Shown here: positions 37,331 through 41,387 of the stretch, piece after piece
Numbering within the stretch: the first letter of the stretch is position 1
Layout: each line of letters begins with the position of its first letter
Assembly (NCBI GenBank): GCA_002633005.1
Contig: NMRA01000790.1
Location: forward strand, 102,136 to 143,522
Length of the DNA stretch: 41,387 bases
From: Phoronis australis
Taxonomy: Eukaryota > Animalia > Phoronida
Reading direction: 5' to 3'
Program-made: the position numbers and the translations under genes
Notes under the pieces: generated by a model
Databases searched by the model: none
The model's input: the letters and a program-made list of their open reading frames with translations, nothing else
Told to the model about the DNA's origin: nothing

Positions 37331-37462
37331 TTCAGGGCTCTTCAAATAAATATTTCACAGAAAGAACCAGATGGGTTCCTTAATTACACGAGATAACACA
37401 CTTATTTACGATACCCAATGTGTAACTGAGAATCGGATACTAAGTGGCACAGGTTAGCATAG

Positions 37463-37604
37463 TACCAAATGGGTACATAATACCAAATGGGTATTGTCCG
37501 ATTGCCTACCAAGTGGGTCGAGCACAACAGCAAATTCAATAAAAACTACCAAATGGGTGCAAACTGCCAAATGGGCAAATATCATATAAAATACCAAGTA
37601 GGTA
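37463..37604 (+). repeat. Six copies of TACCAA(A/G)TGGGT with irregular spacers
   Basis: Copies at 37463, 37481, 37507, 37547, 37565 and 37592; resembles subterminal repeats of a DNA transposon. Confidence 0.7.
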
Positions 37605-38125
37605 CACCAAACAGCCTACTGGGCAATACAGCAAGATTCTGGTGTCACTGTGTAGTACGGACAGCCTTAATGCTCCGTGTTTCTCTCACACTACACGGAT
37701 TTTCATGCATCAGTGCCGTTTTCATTCCCCGCTACAATTTCATATACGTGCTATAAAAGCAGTGAAACTCATCACTGTGGTGTCCTGTGTTTGACTTCTC
37801 TGTGAACAAGTTTCATAGGTTTTGCTAGATCGTCATTTGAACGTTAATTACAGTGTTTCAGTCATTGGAGTCGCTTCGGTGGCATACGTCCAGTAGTTTC
37901 AAGAATGAACTGATGTTGTTTCTGCTAATCAAACATTTTTGAATGCCTCTAGTAACAACTTTAAACTTCACTTCTTTAAATTTAGTACAAACTAGAAAAA
38001 GTAGCCAACGCATGTCGTTTTTGTGACATGTCTGTAAACAGACAATGTAGCTTCGCCACTCGGGTCTTTATATGTCTCACTTATAGACATGAATATTTAT
38101 TGTGAATCTATGTTGTGATTTACAG

Positions 38126-38161
38126 GTGCCATAAAGCCAACTGAAAAAGGAGAAGGTGGTG
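38126..38161 (+). CDS. Stalk microexon B5 (36 nt): (G)AIKPTEKGEGG
   Basis: ttgtgatttacAG ... GTATGT; exon is well conserved although the surrounding intron copy is much more diverged. Confidence 0.78.
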
Positions 38162-39949
38162 GTATGTCGACATATTTCTCTAATTTAAAAGTAAACTTGC
38201 CCTTTGATGTGATTAGTGCTTAACATTGGGTGAAAAATAAGCTGCTTTCTCGACGTAAGCATTAACAGCATTATTTTTTATCAACTCAATTTGAGTTGTT
38301 CTAAACTGCGAATCTTCTGTTATGAATCCAATTTACCGGATGAACTTTCCTGTGATCACGTCTATATATATAAATAGCATAGGCATGTTCAAAATGGTTT
38401 TTGATAGTTTATAACACATTTTTTAAATGTTTCGGGAATATATTAAGCTGTAACTCTGCAAGACCTATGTGCTAAAGTGCGGTTTCCCCTCGAATTGTTG
38501 ATGCGAAATGTATTCTCGTTGGCCTTTACTCTGATGCCTTAGTCTTGTGTAATCCGGAACAGCTGTACTTATAAAACCGAATGCATGATGTAATGTAATA
38601 TATTAACTTAATTACTATCACGTTTTTGATCGATGATTTTTATTTTCAAAATTGGAAAGCATGGCCTATTGATTCTCGAGTTTTCTATGTTTTCTCGTCT
38701 CTTCATGTTCTCTTTCTTGCGTAGTACAATTAGGTCTCGTGGATACTCGGTCAATCCGTTTTTCTCAAAAGTTTGTGACTGGTTTCAAAGATCACACGTG
38801 CTACGCAAGAATATAAACGCAGTTGATGTTTCAGTTATTCCACTATTTGACATTTTCCATTATTCGAAACTGCCTTAGTTTCACGAGAGTCCGTGTGATG
38901 TTTTCAAAGTTTCAACCATTATGCTTTTCCACGATTCTTTTACGCTAACTTTGAAGACTTTTAGAATGGCTCATATGTTTTGGATACAAAGGTCTGATGA
39001 ATTAGTAGGCCATCTATTGTTGACTGTGGGCAATAGTCTCGAGGCACTGAGACCACGGTTAACTTATTTTCATATTTTGATATTTGAAACTTTGACATTT
39101 ACGTACTGCTAGTATGAAAAACAAAAAAGTGGGGGTCACCGCATTAGTTTTTCCGCCACAACCAAGTAAACAGAGGGACCAATGACAAAGCTGCTGCGTG
39201 GGTTACTGATAAGTCAGTTCTGATTAAATCAGACTGGATCCTTTTTAAAAACGGATTCATGATTTTATCGCGCTGAACCAGTAATAATGTCTTACACACG
39301 GTTCTCGGACGGACAAAACCTGGGCGTAGCACGCGTGCCCTGCACGTTTTCGTGCAACAATGGCGCATCCAAATAGACAATGTAATTTCCATTAAAGTAG
39401 ATACTTGAGTTTTTGTCCACACCTGGTGTCATGCAATTGTTACATCGTCAATGTATAGACTCAGGGATGCAAGTGCGTTTGAACTGAATACCTAAATTAT
39501 TGGAAACTTTTCAAAAGTAATCTAGAAAATAGTGAAAACAATTCAAATAGCACAAGTCATGGGTTTTCGATGACTTCAGATAACTCAAATGTAGAGACTT
39601 AGCCTGATAATAAATTCCTTAGGTGCTGTCTAAATCAAGTTAAGCTGATACACTGCATACACGAAATTAAATTGTGAAAGATTTATCAACATCAGCATCA
39701 AGTACGATCTACTCAAAGTAACTTCCTTTTCAACCGTTTCATAAGTCCCAGCCTCATTTATAAAGAATAAAGGTGACATTTAGATAGAGCAATGGGTTTG
39801 TTTTCATTTCCATTGAAATATTTGCACAAATAGAATCCAGTGTCAGTGTCTTTTTGAACGCATTGGATTCCATACAACATTGAACAATAAAACAAATTGG
39901 TATTACTTCTATTCTTTAAAATTGATAAGCTTGTCCTGCCACTCTCCCG

Positions 39950-40230
39950 CGTGTCTTAATTATTTGTGACATCTCTTGGTAGATTTAGCAATTCATTCTC
40001 CATATTAAATCCTAGATGCGCCAGTGTTTTCAATAGATTTCACGTATGAGATCTGAGTTTGAGGACAGGTGGGTTGGATATTGTAACAAAGAATGAACTT
40101 CCTCGTCGACTACTTCACACTGACACTGACAACATACTTTATGTTTACTGGTCATGGCAAACATATTTTCACCTATGGTCGCCGTACGTCGATTTACTGG
40201 CCCTATTTTTAAATAACACCACTTTGGGAT
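39950..40230 (-). mobile_element. Highly degraded LINE ORF2 C-terminal remnant
   Basis: KVCCQCQCEVVDEEVHSLLQYP resembles the RxCxxCxxxxEDExHFLLxCP motif seen more intact at 23501-23746. Confidence 0.45.
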
Positions 40231-40453
40231 ACACCTCAAACAGTGTTGGCTTTTTTAAGAAGACAACCCAACCCATCCTGTTTTAGACGTGCGTGATAGT
40301 GGAATTTGGGGGCTGGGAGGATGAGGTCACTTCCAGAATATTGAGCGCAGAGGGAGGTTCACCCGGCAAAATATACCTTGTGTTGGTCTAATTCAATCAA
40401 TTGCAGTCAAAATCTTTCAAGTAAGGCTGCATAATATTGAAATTTTGTTGTAG

Positions 40454-40534
40454 CGTCAGCTGGACGGGACGATACTCCAAACAAAATCGTGATCGGAGCA
40501 GCCTGTGTTGCGATGGCTATGATCTCCACCATTG
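40454..40534 (+). CDS. Juxtamembrane/hydrophobic exon: (A)SAGRDDTPNKIVIGAACVAMAMISTI
   Basis: Acceptor ttttgttgtAG (40453) and donor GTTAAG (40535); 81 nt, phase 1-1; hydrophobic run begins after K. Read-through of the donor gives G then stop TAA (40537-40539). Confidence 0.72.
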
Positions 40535-40848
40535 GTTAAGTCTTCGAAGACATTAGAGAGGGCCTCTGTGAAAACCTTCGTTTGATTTACAGCTGATTTA
40601 CAGTTGTACCACAATTGTCGAAAACAGAAAAACGAAGTTCTCCAAAGTTAAAACAGTATGTCGAGAGTGTTGAGCAAAATGTACGAATTGATAATCTAAC
40701 GTTTATTTTTATTCTTCTTCGACGGGGTTTTGCTTCTTTACTTGCCTGACATCCTTCCTTTGTATGATGTTCAATAGTTACGTGTTCGATGAACGTGTAA
40801 ATTATGATTAGAATTTAGTGTTAAGTGTTTTTTTTGTTATTCCTCTAG

Positions 40849-40880
40849 TTGCTCTGATGATACTTGAAAGTTATTGCTGA
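40849..40880 (+). CDS. Terminal coding exon: (V)ALMILESYC-stop
   Basis: Strong polypyrimidine acceptor ttttttttgttattcctctAG (40848); phase 1 join extends the hydrophobic stretch to 22 aa (IVIGAACVAMAMISTIVALMIL), then ESYC and TGA. Confidence 0.65.
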
Positions 40881-41387
40881 CTTCAGACCTGTGTACCATA
40901 CGCAAAAAATGAGGATTCGTACGGAAATCAAGCCTCCAGTACGCAAGTACGCACGACCAGGCAAAAATACGCAAATTCAAAATTGATTATTAATTCGCTT
41001 GCTTCTCACAGATTTGTAGTCTAAACAGACGAGGAAGGAGATTTTAAAGTTAGAAATGAATAAAAGATATTGTAAAATCATTATTTTAGTTAGAAAGTTG
41101 AGCTACAAACTCGGAAAACTTCCTTGTTTCATTCTTGAAATAGCCTAATAATCGGCAAATCGCGAGGCCTCTTCTATCGGCATGTGTTTCACAGGCCTAA
41201 CCTATAAGCAACGACTTCTGTGATTTGTGGATTGCTTACTTTGTCTAATTCCGGCTATTCACGGCTAAATACGTACTGTTGACAAAATGGCAAAGCACGT
41301 GTGGTCGCATGTTCCGAGCTGTCAAGAAAGTAGATTCAGAAAGAAGGGAACATCAGTTTTTGCGACGTTATTCCAAAAAATGACAAT

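Noticed and set aside
37463-37604. Repeat-spacer pattern as a CRISPR array
   Set aside because: Repeats are only 12 bp, spacers are irregular, the context is a eukaryotic intron and there are no cas genes.
41059-41064. AATAAA as the gene's poly(A) signal
   Set aside because: Plausible distance from the stop, but AT-rich context and probably inside a transposon-like segment starting cagacctg at about 40884; unsupported without transcripts.

Overview
AT-rich animal (probably marine invertebrate) genomic DNA. Most listed ORFs are spurious or transposon debris. Reading splice sites by eye reveals one + strand gene spread over the whole window. It encodes an immunoglobulin-superfamily cell-surface protein: a cysteine-less V-like domain exon (3422-3787), a C2/I-type Ig exon (8426-8749), nine frame-symmetric phase-1 microexons of two families (four 48-nt A, five 36-nt B, order AABBAABBB, 124 aa of Thr/Gly-rich stalk), and a split hydrophobic C-terminus (40454-40534 and 40849-40880) that may be a TM helix or a GPI signal. 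All exons join without a stop (about 391 aa); the signal-peptide exon was not found. The microexon array was built by nested kb-scale duplications, including two downstream copies of the V-C2 intron. The introns hold a decayed AcademX-type DNA transposon (about 9214-14470), a Harbinger-type insertion with TAA TSD, several LINE fragments (one with TSD and an empty paralogous site), a long foldback element, and a Penelope-like inverted repeat with a hammerhead-like motif. A 476-N gap lies at 14523-14998.
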